DNA of 64,000 nt. Origin: Patescibacteria group bacterium (GTDB lineage Bacteria > Patescibacteriota > Doudnabacteria > UBA920 > VMFF01). The stretch is taken from NCBI GenBank assembly GCA_038065615.1, contig JBBTQQ010000007.1, positions 12,473-76,472 on the forward strand, written 5' to 3'. The notes under the pieces are model-generated. The model saw only the letters and a list, made by a program, of their open reading frames with translations. It was not told where the DNA came from and did no database searches. The position numbers and the translations under genes are program-made. Positions 37,663 to 47,604 of the stretch are shown in pieces (the first letter of the stretch is position 1; each line of letters begins with the position of its first letter).

Positions 37663-38948
37663 TAGTCTGAGGTTTGTCCTAGAATCATACCAATCAAAAG
37701 CCATAACAACAACTGGGTTTGTTGGAGTGTGTAGAAATAATGGTCAAAGAACATTAAGAAAATCATTGCTACGAACGCTGAAGTTAAAGCAATGCTGTAT
37801 ATTAATTGTTCGCCTTCTGTTTTTTCGATTTGATGCATCCCCTTTTTCAATATTGAGGCGAAAAGAACAGAGATTAGTATTAAACCAACAATTCCTGTTT
37901 CACATGCAACCTCAAGGAAGAAATTATGCGGAGGTTGAACTTGCCATGACTCAGTGGAATTAAGCTGTTTGCTCATTTCCGGGATCATATTCCCTATTCC
38001 AACTCCAAAGATTGGATGTTCAGAGAAGATTTTTAATCCAGTTGTATTGTAAAGAGTTCTGTTGTACACAGTTGGCGCTGTATTTGTGCGAGCATTAAGG
38101 AATGGAAAAAGAATAACTATTGATAAGATAGTTGTTGTTAAGATGATAGTTAGTAGTTTTTTGTATTCTAGCTTTGCTTTTTTGATTAGGAGAAAAAGTA
38201 TTAGAGTAAGGGATATGTATAGAGTGAGGAGGCCTGATCTTGAAAACGTTAGGTAATTCCCTATGATCATTATCGCTACGGCAAATCCATAAAAAATCTT
38301 TTGTTTATTTTTATTTTCTTGGACAAACAAATATATGGCTGTTGCACATGTAACAATCAAGAAAGCAGACAACTGGTTTGGATGAGCAAAGGTTCCGTAA
38401 GCTCTAATGAACTTTTCTCCATCAAGATCTATTTTCGCAACTCCGTCTATATATTTCCCTATTATCTGTTCTCCAAAGATCCTTAATCCAAGTGAGTGTT
38501 GTACGAGAAACTGACCAAGAGCTATTAAGCTTTGGAACACCCCTGCTATTACCAATGATATGCTGATAAGCCGTCTGTAGTTTGCTTCACGTGATACATT
38601 TAAGGCAAAAATGGCTAAGATAAGCCATTCTAGGGTTTTTAAACCCCAATACCAGTCATTTACACCACGTGGTGAGATTATCAAAAGTGAAAAGAGGGTA
38701 TTGAGGGCTATTAACCCAAAAACCCAGTATTTATTGAGGTTTTTTGAGATTTTGCCAGTAAATATGGACCAAAACAGGGTAATTACAAGAAGAATATCAG
38801 ATACATATAGGGCTATTGCCAGGTACTCGGAGAACTGGCTATTCAAGGTTGGAGAGAGATCAAAGAAAATATGCCTTTTTTGAAAGGGGAGTGTAAAAAT
38901 CAGAAGAAACAAGAGGGTTTTAAGGATTTTGTCTGATGTTAGTTTCAT
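37662..38948 (-). CDS. O-antigen ligase (Wzy_C) family membrane protein, second copy
   Basis: 428 aa polytopic protein with LTFSRSGLLT..-type O-antigen ligase motif. Confidence 0.65.
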   Translation of the reverse strand: MKLTSDKILKTLLFLLIFTLPFQKRHIFFDLSPTLNSQFSEYLAIALYVSDILLVITLFWSIFTGKISKNLNKYWVFGLIALNTLFSLLIISPRGVNDWYWGLKTLEWLILAIFALNVSREANYRRLISISLVIAGVFQSLIALGQFLVQHSLGLRIFGEQIIGKYIDGVAKIDLDGEKFIRAYGTFAHPNQLSAFLIVTCATAIYLFVQENKNKQKIFYGFAVAIMIIGNYLTFSRSGLLTLYISLTLILFLLIKKAKLEYKKLLTIILTTTILSIVILFPFLNARTNTAPTVYNRTLYNTTGLKIFSEHPIFGVGIGNMIPEMSKQLNSTESWQVQPPHNFFLEVACETGIVGLILISVLFASILKKGMHQIEKTEGEQLIYSIALTSAFVAMIFLMFFDHYFYTLQQTQLLLWLLIGMILGQTSD

Positions 38949-39092
38949 GTGTAACGAAATACTTGATTTATTGATGATTTTATTGTCTAATACTTGATTT
39001 ATACATCAATCTGTGTTCTTTTCATAATTATATGTTAGCTAGACGCAATAACCAAATACAGATAATATACCTAGGTAAATAGCGCGTTTTTT

Positions 39093-39169
39093 GCCCTCGT
39101 AGCTCAGTGGATTAGAGCGGTTCCGTCCTAAGGAAAAGGCCGTAGGTTCGATTCCTACCGAGGGCACCA
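39093..39169 (+). tRNA. tRNA-Arg (anticodon CCU)
   Basis: GCCCTCG/TA/GCTCAGTGGATTAGAGC..; anticodon loop GTCCTAA; ends ACCA. Confidence 0.65.
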
Positions 39170-39176
39170 TAATTTA

Positions 39177-39250
39177 GGGCCCATAGTTCAGTGGTAGAAC
39201 GCGTCCATGGCATGGATGAGGTCGGAGTCCGATTCTCCGTGGGTCCACCA
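39177..39250 (+). tRNA. tRNA-Ala (anticodon GGC)
   Basis: GGGCCCA acceptor with G3.U70 and anticodon loop ATGGCAT. CCA is encoded. Confidence 0.7.
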
Positions 39251-39266
39251 GAAGGAAAGAAAATAT

Positions 39267-39929
39267 ATGAAAATTTCAAAATTCTTACATTCTTGCATTC
39301 TATTAGAACAAGGGGATTCAAAGATCCTTTTTGATCCAGGAACTTATTGTTTTATGGAAGGGAAAGTTAAAGCAGAAGATTTCAAAAACATTTCTGGAAT
39401 TTTTATTACGCATGCTCATCCAGACCATTTTGATATAGAAGCGCTGAAAATAATTATAAAAAATAATCCTCAGTGCAAGATTTACACTAACTCTGATATG
39501 GGACAAGTACTAAGTGAAAATGGAATTTCGTTTGAACAGTTTGAGGATGGTGAAATAGAATTAAGACCGTTTAAAATACAGGCATTTTTTGCAGCTCATG
39601 CGCCTATTCTAAAAAGACAAATGGTAAAAAATACTGCATTTTTTGTTAACGAAAAGTTTTTACACCCCGGGGATTCGTACGCAGAGTCAGTTATGCAATT
39701 AAGTCCGGAAATTTTAGCATTACCAGTTGCTGGTCCATGGATGGATATGAATGCTGGCGCGAATTTTACATATAAGTGTCATGCAAAAACTGTTTTGCCA
39801 ATTCATGATGAGCATATTAAACAATTTTTTTCGACGAATATGTATAAAATATGGGAAACTGGCTTAGCAGATCAGGGTGTTAAGTTTGTTTCTATGTTAA
39901 ACGCTGGAGATTCGATAACTATTGATTAG
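39267..39929 (+). CDS. MBL-fold metallo-hydrolase
   Basis: ITHAHPDHF motif and a GAAGGAAAG RBS before the ATG at 39267. The upstream part of track ORF 39207 overlaps a tRNA and is rejected. Confidence 0.7.
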   Translation: MKISKFLHSCILLEQGDSKILFDPGTYCFMEGKVKAEDFKNISGIFITHAHPDHFDIEALKIIIKNNPQCKIYTNSDMGQVLSENGISFEQFEDGEIELRPFKIQAFFAAHAPILKRQMVKNTAFFVNEKFLHPGDSYAESVMQLSPEILALPVAGPWMDMNAGANFTYKCHAKTVLPIHDEHIKQFFSTNMYKIWETGLADQGVKFVSMLNAGDSITID

Positions 39930-39938
39930 AACTAGTAA

Positions 39939-40015
39939 CAGGATGTGGCTCAATTGGCTAGAGCACTCGCTTCGGGTGCGAGAGATTCTCAGTTCAAGTC
40001 CGAGCATCCCGACCA
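39939..40015 (+). tRNA. tRNA-Pro (anticodon CGG)
   Basis: C1-G72 acceptor, anticodon loop TTCGGGT and T-loop TTCAAGT. There is one A2.C71 mismatch. Confidence 0.6.
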
Positions 40016-40023
40016 AAAAAATA

Positions 40024-40677
40024 ATGCAATTTCCAACATACAAAAGAGAAGAAGAGAAAATTCAAAATGGCTTTGATTTCATTATTGGTTGTGATGAAGT
40101 TGGCGCAGGGCCATTGGCAGGACCTGTTGTAGCAGCAGCGTGTATATTAAAGAGTGAAACAATAGGGGACAGAAGAACTTCTGACAAATGGTACTACAGA
40201 GTTCGTGATTCAAAGACAGTAAGTGAAAAAGAAAGAGAAGAGTTAGCTGTGGTTATAAAACAAAACTGTTTGTGTTATGCGGTTTCAGAGGTTCATCCTG
40301 CTGAAATAGATGATATAAACATACACAACGCAAGTCTATTAGCGATGCATAGAGCAGTTTCCAGTCTTTTAGAACAACTAAATATTAAAGATCTTAAAAA
40401 GATATTTGTTTTTATTGATGGAAAGTTTAGAATAAAAGAACTGTCTTTAGAACAAGAACCTGTGATCTCAGGGGATTCAGAAATACTATCAATTGCAGCA
40501 GCATCGATAATCGCAAAGGTTCATAGAGACGGTTTGTTAAGAAATATAGATAAAGTTTTCCCAAACTACGGATTTGCAAGACATAAGGGCTATGGAACAA
40601 AAGAACATATTCAAGCAATACAAAAGAATGGGGTATTGGATATTCACAGAAAATCGTTTTTAAAGAACATCATTTAA
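40024..40677 (+). CDS. rnhB: Ribonuclease HII
   Basis: DEVGAGPLAGPVV catalytic motif. Start at MQFPTY; the upstream part of the track ORF overlaps tRNA-Pro. Confidence 0.85.
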   Translation: MQFPTYKREEEKIQNGFDFIIGCDEVGAGPLAGPVVAAACILKSETIGDRRTSDKWYYRVRDSKTVSEKEREELAVVIKQNCLCYAVSEVHPAEIDDINIHNASLLAMHRAVSSLLEQLNIKDLKKIFVFIDGKFRIKELSLEQEPVISGDSEILSIAAASIIAKVHRDGLLRNIDKVFPNYGFARHKGYGTKEHIQAIQKNGVLDIHRKSFLKNII

Positions 40678-40682
40678 TACGT

Positions 40683-40773
40683 GGAAGAGTGGCCGAGTGG
40701 TTGAAGGCGCAGCTCTCGAAAAGCTGTATGGGTCAAAAGCTCATCGTGGGTTCGAATCCCACCTCTTCCGCCA
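40683..40773 (+). tRNA. tRNA-Ser (anticodon CGA)
   Basis: GGAAGAG acceptor, anticodon loop CTCGAAA and a long variable arm. CCA is encoded. Confidence 0.75.
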
Positions 40774-41089
40774 AAGATAATCGCCCTAGAGGCGGTTTTT
40801 TGTTATATTATCAGCAAGAGGTCATGTTTCACATCTTTCATCGAGGTAGATCATGTGCTGGAGAGATGATGTTCCCATGTCGCGGGTGTGCATACGTTGT
40901 GGCCAGCAATACTACGGCGACCTCGGGCACCGAGGATGTCCAGGCTGGCGGAAGAAAGATGAGCCAGCAAGCTCATCAATCGTGAGCCCCACGGTAAATA
41001 CTCCGGGAGCAGAACAACCAAAATAAGGAGGGTAGCTGAGCTATTTACTCAAGAACCCGGATCCGCTCTCAATCAACTGAGAGCGCCTT

Positions 41090-41122
41090 CCCTTAACACG
41101 TCACTTGTTGGTGTTTTGAGGA
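41090..41122 (+). repeat. 33-bp repeat copy B (CCCTTAACACGTCACTTGTTGGTGTTTTGAGGA)
   Basis: Second copy of the 7929-7961 element, at the right edge of a GC-rich noncoding segment following tRNA-Ser. Confidence 0.7.
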
Positions 41123-41180
41123 AAGAAAAATAGTTCTAACATCCTCCACGATGCCCCGCCAAGAAATCAATAATTAACAT

Positions 41181-41528
41181 ATGTCATCTAATATGATCCC
41201 TATTACTTCAATACGCAATTACGGCCAGCTATATTTCCTGTCAGGACAAATAGGTCTTAAAGATGGAGTCTTGGTTTCAGAAGATATCAAGGAACAATTA
41301 ATTCAGACAGTAGAAAATATAAAAACAATATTAAAAGAAGTTAATTTAAGTTTAAATAATGTTGTAAGTGTTACAGCATATTTAATAGAGCAATCAGATT
41401 ACGCAGTATTTAATGAAATATATGCTGAGTTGTTTCAGTCGCCTTATCCAACGCGAACAACAGTAACAGTAAAATCTTTACCCTTGAATGCAAAAGTTGA
41501 GCTTCAGGTTATAGCTTCAAAGGAGTAG
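41181..41528 (+). CDS. ridA: RidA/YjgF family reactive-intermediate deaminase
   Basis: 115 aa with a typical YjgF fold sequence (GQLYFLSGQIG...TVTVKSLPLNAKVEL). Confidence 0.75.
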   Translation: MSSNMIPITSIRNYGQLYFLSGQIGLKDGVLVSEDIKEQLIQTVENIKTILKEVNLSLNNVVSVTAYLIEQSDYAVFNEIYAELFQSPYPTRTTVTVKSLPLNAKVELQVIASKE

Positions 41529-41538
41529 AGTAATTGAG

Positions 41539-42624
41539 ATGAAACAAATTTTAATAATCTACACATCCATAGGGCTGGGTCATAAAAAGATCGCTGAAAA
41601 CATTGGCGCTTCTTTAAAAGAAGACCTTAACAACAGCGTTGAACTATTAGATCTGTATGATGTTGAATCTGGGGGCTTAAAAAAATACGGAGAAAAGCTC
41701 TACTATATCCTCCTAAAACACTCTCCATGGATTTGGGAATTTTTTTACACAAACAAAGTGTTCATAGAAGTAACTCTTCCATTTAGAACATTTGTTGCTA
41801 GTTTCAATGCTAGTAAATTAGAGCAAGTATTAAAGAATAAACATTACGATATTGTAATTAGCACACATGCCAATTCATCTGCAATCATTTCATATTTAAA
41901 GAAAAAAGGAATATATACTGGAAAGTTTGTAATTGCTTTCTCTGATTATCACTTACATAGATATTGGCTATACGACAATGCGAATTTGTACCTTGCTAAT
42001 ATAAATGAGCAGAAGAAGGAGATGGTTTCCCGTGGAATTGATCCTGAAAAGATTGCTGTTTGTGGTATTACATTACAAAAACAAGAGTCCTTGGTTGATA
42101 AACAAAAGGTGAGAAACAATCTTGGGTTAAAAGAAAATGATAAGATAGTCATTGTTTTTGCTGGTAGTAGAGGCTTTGGTATGAATTCAGATATCATAGA
42201 TCAGCTTGTAAAAATAAACGCAGCGATCCTCGTAGTTTGTGGAACAAGCGTTGAGATAAAAGAACGCCTAACACAGAAATATCTTCAAACCACTAACGTT
42301 AAAGTTCTTGGATATTCAAATTTCCGCGAACTCATTTCCATCGCGGACATAGTTGTTTCAAAGCCGGGTGGTCTGACAGTTGCTGAATCCTTAGAGCAAA
42401 ATGTTCCAATCCTTGTCTCGCATTTTCTCCCAGGTCAAGAACGTTTAAATATAGACTACTTAAAAGAGCACAACCTCGTAATGCCATTGTCTCTTGATTT
42501 CTATGAGGCTGTTAAAGATGAAATACAGACAGGAAATTTCAGATCCTCACTAAAAGACAGCCCTGATTTAAAACGTATAGTCCAATATGGGGAAGTAGTT
42601 CGTGAAGCAATTTCAAAGCTTTAG
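41539..42624 (+). CDS. GT28-family glycosyltransferase (MGDG synthase/UgtP-like)
   Basis: N-terminal ILIIYTSIGLGHKKIAENI resembles the MGDG-synthase domain. The C-terminal half is glycosyltransferase 28-like. Confidence 0.65.
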   Translation: MKQILIIYTSIGLGHKKIAENIGASLKEDLNNSVELLDLYDVESGGLKKYGEKLYYILLKHSPWIWEFFYTNKVFIEVTLPFRTFVASFNASKLEQVLKNKHYDIVISTHANSSAIISYLKKKGIYTGKFVIAFSDYHLHRYWLYDNANLYLANINEQKKEMVSRGIDPEKIAVCGITLQKQESLVDKQKVRNNLGLKENDKIVIVFAGSRGFGMNSDIIDQLVKINAAILVVCGTSVEIKERLTQKYLQTTNVKVLGYSNFRELISIADIVVSKPGGLTVAESLEQNVPILVSHFLPGQERLNIDYLKEHNLVMPLSLDFYEAVKDEIQTGNFRSSLKDSPDLKRIVQYGEVVREAISKL

Positions 42625-42692
42625 AACTGTTGACCAGAACCATTAATTTTAGTAGTATAGAAACACGAATATAACAGAGTGAAACAATAAAT

Positions 42693-43235
42693 ATGGCTAA
42701 AGAAAAAAGATCATTTTTCGGGAAAATAATGGGTGGGGATGAACCAGCTCAGCAGGTAAACGTAAGCACAGAGCAATATGTGCAGCCTTTGCAGACTGTT
42801 CAAGATATAGAAGAGGAACAAGTTTTAGCAGAAGTTGATGATTCACAGGGCTTGGAGATAGACGCTCCTTCTCAAGCAAACGCTGATGAAGAATGGATGT
42901 CTGATTACGAAGGGACTTTAAATATTGACCTGTATCAAACCAGAGACAATGTTATTATCAAATCAACAATTGCTGGTGTTAAGTCTGAAAATCTAGACAT
43001 TACAATTGCAAATGACATGGTTACCATTAAAGGTGAACGTGTTAAAGAAGAAAAGATCCCCGCAGAAGACTACTTCTATCAAGAGTGCTACTGGGGTGGT
43101 TTTTCAAGAAGCGTTATTCTACCGGTTGATATTGATAGCGAGCATGTAGAGGCTGACTTAAAAGACGGTATTCTAACAGTAATTCTACCTAAAGCAGCAA
43201 AAGCAAAGACCAAGAAGATTAAGGTAAACGGCTAA
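42693..43235 (+). CDS. Hsp20/alpha-crystallin small heat-shock protein
   Basis: ACD domain with C-terminal GILTVILPK motif. Confidence 0.8.
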   Translation: MAKEKRSFFGKIMGGDEPAQQVNVSTEQYVQPLQTVQDIEEEQVLAEVDDSQGLEIDAPSQANADEEWMSDYEGTLNIDLYQTRDNVIIKSTIAGVKSENLDITIANDMVTIKGERVKEEKIPAEDYFYQECYWGGFSRSVILPVDIDSEHVEADLKDGILTVILPKAAKAKTKKIKVNG

Positions 43236-43244
43236 CAGTGATTT

Positions 43245-43279
43245 CAAATGCCTCTGGGCTAACCCAGAGGCATTTTTTA
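43245..43279 (+). terminator. Rho-independent terminator after hsp20
   Basis: AAATGCCTCTGGGCTAACCCAGAGGCATTTTTT. Confidence 0.75.
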
Positions 43280-43295
43280 TGTTAAAATATTACAT

Positions 43296-45506
43296 ATGGC
43301 AAGACCTAGGAAACACAAAGAACACCTCATTCCAAAACCAAGCTTAAACTTAAGCCCTGAGACCAAAAAAGGGCTTGCAGTAGTGTTGTTTGTAGCCCTT
43401 TTTCTTATAACTTTGCTTTCACTTTTTGGTAAGGCCGGTGTAGTGGGTGAATACATCTCTAATGGTTTTGTTTTTGGTTTTGGGTATATCGCATACCTGG
43501 TTCCAGTAATTTTTCTTTTGATAGGTATTGCTTTGTATAAACAAAGCGTTGATGAAGGTGATGGGCAGCACTTCTATTTCCGAACATACCTTGGAGCCTT
43601 TATTCTCGCAGGTTCATTAGCAGGGTTGATTCATATTTTTTACATGCGCGATGGTAGTACTGCATTAGATTTAGTTTCAAAAACAATTGGTGGTGGATAC
43701 CTTGGAGCATTGTTTGGTTACCCATTCTTTTCCCTAACTGGTTTCTGGGCTGCCTTGGTTATTCTAATAGGTATCATGATTACGGGTTTGTTAATAACCT
43801 TTGATGTTTCACTATCGAAATTAATTCCAAGCAAAACAGATTCAGATGAAGAAAATGGAAGGAAAGTTAATTTTGATGTTGGACCGATAAGAATAAACAG
43901 TATGGGTAAGAATGGTTTTGTCTCCGAGAAAGTTTCTTCAAAGAATAGAATGACGGGGGATAGTGATGAAGAAAAAGCAAAGTTAAAAACAAGGTCAATG
44001 GAACCAATAATTTCCGCACCTTCCCAGGACAGAAAAACAGATATGCCGGCAATCATTCTTGATGACAGAAAAGACTGGAAACTGCCGCCGTTTGATTTGT
44101 TGGAGGACTCTACAAACACAGTTGACAGCGGAAACATAGAAGTAAATGTTTCAATAATTCAGAAAACACTCTCAGATTTTGGCATAGAAGTTGAGATGGG
44201 AGAGGTAAATGTTGGACCGACGGTTACTCAATATACTCTAAGACCAGCAGTCGGAGTTAAGCTTTCTCAAATAGCTGGGTTGCAAAATGATTTGGCACTC
44301 GCACTTTCCGCGCACTCAATTAGAATGGAACTGCCAATACCGGGTAAAGCTTTAGTGGGTATTGAAATACCAAATGTTACTAAGGCAATTGTTAGATTAA
44401 GAGAGGTTTTGCAAACAGAGAACTTTGTTAAACACCCATCCAATTTGGCTTTTGCTTTAGGTAGAGATGTTTCAGGTCATCCAATGGTCGCAGATCTTGC
44501 GAGAATGCCGCATTTGATGATTGCTGGGGCGACTGGTTCAGGAAAGTCTATAGCGTTAAATTCTTTTTTGATATCCTTGCTTTACAAAAACACACCCCAA
44601 GATGTTAAGTTCATTATTATTGATCCAAAACGCGTTGAAATGACTTTGTACAATGGAATTCCTCATTTGATGACACCTGTTGTCATAGATCACGAAAAAG
44701 CAATTAATGCCCTACGATGGGCGGTTGCTGAAATGGACCGAAGATACAAAGTTTTGGCTGAAGCAGGGAATAGGAATATATTAGAATACAATGCTAACGC
44801 AGCTCTAAAATTAAACTACCTTGTAATTGTTGTTGATGAACTCGCTGACTTAATGGCAGTTGCTAAAAATGACGTTGAAGCAGCTATAGTGCGTCTTTCT
44901 CAGATGGCAAGAGCTGTTGGTATCCACTTAGTTCTTGCAACTCAGAGGCCTTCAGTTGAAGTTATAACTGGTTTAATTAAAGCAAACATTACTTCAAGGA
45001 TGGCTTTTGCCGTTGCTTCTCAAATTGATAGCAGAACAATAATAGACTCAATGGGAGCTGAATCACTTCTTGGAAACGGAGACATGCTTTTTGTGACAGC
45101 GGAAGTTCAAAAACCAAGACGTATTCAAGGAGCATTCATCGGAGAACAAGAAGTGCATAGGGTTGTTGATTTCTTTAAAAAACAAACTGGTGCTGTCATA
45201 TACAATGAAGAGATATTAGAAAAACCAAAACATAAAATGTCCATACCAGGACTTTCTAACGATGATGGTGGTGACGAGTTGCTTGCTGAGGCAGAAGAAG
45301 TAGTAAAACAAGCAGGCAAGGCTTCAGCTTCGCTGTTACAGCGAAGATTAAGGGTAGGCTATGCTCGTGCCGCTCGTTTGTTAGATCTTCTTGAAGATCG
45401 AGGAATAATAGGCCCAGGAGACGGAGCAAAACCACGTGAGGTTTATGTTTCAAGAGAAATGGGTTCTGTTGCAGATGAGGAGTATGGCGATGACTCAAAT
45501 ATTTGA
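43296..45506 (+). CDS. ftsK: DNA translocase FtsK/SpoIIIE
   Basis: N-terminal TM helices. Motor domain with Walker A GATGSGKS and Walker B VVDELADLM, plus a C-terminal gamma winged-helix. Confidence 0.9.
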   Translation: MARPRKHKEHLIPKPSLNLSPETKKGLAVVLFVALFLITLLSLFGKAGVVGEYISNGFVFGFGYIAYLVPVIFLLIGIALYKQSVDEGDGQHFYFRTYLGAFILAGSLAGLIHIFYMRDGSTALDLVSKTIGGGYLGALFGYPFFSLTGFWAALVILIGIMITGLLITFDVSLSKLIPSKTDSDEENGRKVNFDVGPIRINSMGKNGFVSEKVSSKNRMTGDSDEEKAKLKTRSMEPIISAPSQDRKTDMPAIILDDRKDWKLPPFDLLEDSTNTVDSGNIEVNVSIIQKTLSDFGIEVEMGEVNVGPTVTQYTLRPAVGVKLSQIAGLQNDLALALSAHSIRMELPIPGKALVGIEIPNVTKAIVRLREVLQTENFVKHPSNLAFALGRDVSGHPMVADLARMPHLMIAGATGSGKSIALNSFLISLLYKNTPQDVKFIIIDPKRVEMTLYNGIPHLMTPVVIDHEKAINALRWAVAEMDRRYKVLAEAGNRNILEYNANAALKLNYLVIVVDELADLMAVAKNDVEAAIVRLSQMARAVGIHLVLATQRPSVEVITGLIKANITSRMAFAVASQIDSRTIIDSMGAESLLGNGDMLFVTAEVQKPRRIQGAFIGEQEVHRVVDFFKKQTGAVIYNEEILEKPKHKMSIPGLSNDDGGDELLAEAEEVVKQAGKASASLLQRRLRVGYARAARLLDLLEDRGIIGPGDGAKPREVYVSREMGSVADEEYGDDSNI

Positions 45507-46434
45507 AACAAAGAAAATACAAATGGAAACTCTCCCCGAATACCTTAAAGCGGCTCGGGAGAGTTTTTCATATGATCTAAAACATGTTGCTAAGATAACT
45601 AACATTTCTCCAAAGTTCATTGAAAATCTAGAACAAGGTTATTACCACCGTTTGCCTGCTGATGTGTATGTTCATGGTTTCTTAAGAAAACTCGCAGAAC
45701 TATACAGAACAAAAGCAGATGTTTTAATTGAACAGTACAAGAAAGAAAGAGGAGTGCATGATCAGATTACAAAGAAAGCAGAAGTATCATACAAAAGCTA
45801 CACTGATTCAAAATTTGAAATTACTCCAAAGACCTTAACGTTTGCTGGTCTTGGTTTGTTTGTTCTTTTCATCTTTGGTTATCTTTTCTATCAAGTGCAT
45901 GCATTAAATCAACCGCCTAGAATAACTATATCTCAACCACAAGACGGCGCTAGAATAACGACATCATCAGTTATTGTTCAAGGGCATGTTGATGTTGGTT
46001 CAACTTTAACCATGAATGATCAACAGATTTTTGTTGATTCAGAGGGCAATTTTAAACAACCAATTAGTATTTCTCCTGGTGAAAAGGTTTTGCTTTTCTC
46101 AGCTAAAAATAACTTTGGGAAACAAAGCACAAAACAGCTAGTGGTAATAGGTGACTTTGGGGTGAATCAAGCCCCAGTAATTAACGCGGTTAACTTAGTA
46201 ATAACTGGGGGACCGAATTCAACATGGATTACAGTTCAAATTGATAATGGGGCAGCCCAGAATGATAACATATCTAGCGGTGTTACTAAGTCATATTTTG
46301 CAAAGAACAAAATAGTATTAAGCACAGGTAATGGTGGCAGTACATCAGTTAATTTAAATGGGAAAAACCTAGGAAAAGTAGGTAAAGAGGGTGAGGTTGT
46401 TAGAGATATTCCTTTCACCGCAGAGGGGAAATAA
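45484..46434 (+). CDS. RodZ-like XRE-family HTH protein with C-terminal DUF4115-like domain
   Basis: HTH (LKHVAKITNISPKFIENLEQG), central TM and a C-terminal beta-rich domain. Candidate starts are 45484 (overlaps the ftsK end) or 45523. Confidence 0.6.
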   Translation: MAMTQIFETKKIQMETLPEYLKAARESFSYDLKHVAKITNISPKFIENLEQGYYHRLPADVYVHGFLRKLAELYRTKADVLIEQYKKERGVHDQITKKAEVSYKSYTDSKFEITPKTLTFAGLGLFVLFIFGYLFYQVHALNQPPRITISQPQDGARITTSSVIVQGHVDVGSTLTMNDQQIFVDSEGNFKQPISISPGEKVLLFSAKNNFGKQSTKQLVVIGDFGVNQAPVINAVNLVITGGPNSTWITVQIDNGAAQNDNISSGVTKSYFAKNKIVLSTGNGGSTSVNLNGKNLGKVGKEGEVVRDIPFTAEGK

Positions 46435-46493
46435 TAGTTAATTATTTTTTAATCTAAGTGTGTTAATATATATCTATCATTAAAGAAAAAAGC

Positions 46494-47537
46494 ATGGCTA
46501 AATTACAGAAAAAATCTACAAACAGTGAAACACGAAATAAAGCAGTGGCAGCAGCATTGTCACAGATTCGAGAAAAGTTCGGAGAAGGTTCAATAATGAC
46601 CTTGGCTCAAAACCATTCAATGGAAGTTGAAAGCATCCCAACAGGATCAATTTCTCTAGACTTAGCATTAGGCATTGGTGGCGTTCCAAAAGGAAGAGTC
46701 ATAGAAATATATGGTCCTGAATCATCAGGAAAAACTACACTCGCACAACACATAGTTGCAGAAGTTCAGAAAAAAGGCGGGGTTGCGGCATTTGTAGACG
46801 CAGAACATGCGATGGATCCTGAGTATGCTTCTAAAATAGGGGTTAAACTAGACGAGCTATTAATCTCCCAACCAGACACAGGAGAGCAAGCACTGGATAT
46901 TGTTGAGACTTTGGTTAGAAGTAATGCCGTTGATGTCATAGTTATTGATTCAGTTGCTGCTTTAACACCACGAGCTGAAATTGAAGGAGACATGGGTGAC
47001 AGTCATATGGGATTACAAGCAAGATTAATGTCTCAAGCACTAAGAAAACTGACAGCAATAATTTCTAAATCTAAAAGCACAGTCATCTTCATCAATCAGA
47101 TTCGTATGAAAATTGGAGTCATGTTTGGGAATCCTGAAACAACAACTGGTGGAAATGCTTTAAAGTTCTACGCTTCTTTAAGATTAGAAGTTAGAAAAGC
47201 AGCCCAGATTAAATCAGGCGAAAAGATTATAGGCTCAAGAATTAAAGTTAAAGTTGTGAAGAACAAGGTTGCAGCCCCTTTCAAAACAGCTGAGTTTGAT
47301 ATCATGTACAATGAAGGTATCTCTAAAGCAGGGGATTTGCTAGATACAGGCGTTGCATATGGGGTCATATCAAAAAGCGGCAATTCTTACACCTATGCTG
47401 AAACAAAGCTTGGTGTGGGTCGTGAAAACGCAAAGACCTTCCTTAAAGCAAACGATGATGTCATGACCGCAGTAGACAAGGCTGTCAGAGAGAAATTTGA
47501 GGCTGGGGAAGTTCCAGTAAGTTCAGACGAAGAATAA
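46494..47537 (+). CDS. recA: Recombinase RecA
   Basis: [11 protein letters not shown] Walker A and the canonical RecA core. Confidence 0.95.
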   Translation: MAKLQKKSTNSETRNKAVAAALSQIREKFGEGSIMTLAQNHSMEVESIPTGSISLDLALGIGGVPKGRVIEIYGPESSGKTTLAQHIVAEVQKKGGVAAFVDAEHAMDPEYASKIGVKLDELLISQPDTGEQALDIVETLVRSNAVDVIVIDSVAALTPRAEIEGDMGDSHMGLQARLMSQALRKLTAIISKSKSTVIFINQIRMKIGVMFGNPETTTGGNALKFYASLRLEVRKAAQIKSGEKIIGSRIKVKVVKNKVAAPFKTAEFDIMYNEGISKAGDLLDTGVAYGVISKSGNSYTYAETKLGVGRENAKTFLKANDDVMTAVDKAVREKFEAGEVPVSSDEE

Positions 47538-47578
47538 CAGGATTTTTCTTTTAAATAAATAGTTTGATATAATACAAA

Positions 47579-47600
47579 CAAGGGCAATCGCCCTTTTTGT
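47579..47600 (+). terminator. Rho-independent terminator after recA
   Basis: AAGGGCAATCGCCCTTTTT. Confidence 0.65.
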
Positions 47601-47604
47601 ATTT

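Noticed and set aside
39207-39266. N-terminal extension of track ORF 39207-39929 (also the 5' parts of ORFs 39922-40677 and 56169-58175)
   Set aside because: These upstream portions overlap tRNA-Ala, tRNA-Pro and tRNA-Leu respectively. Internal ATGs with RBS-like sequences give the expected protein N-termini.
40689-40985. 98-aa ORF MAEWLKAQLSKSCMGQKLIVGSNPTSS...
   Set aside because: The N-terminal third is a translation of tRNA-Ser(CGA). The remainder is GC-rich noncoding sequence treated in the findings.
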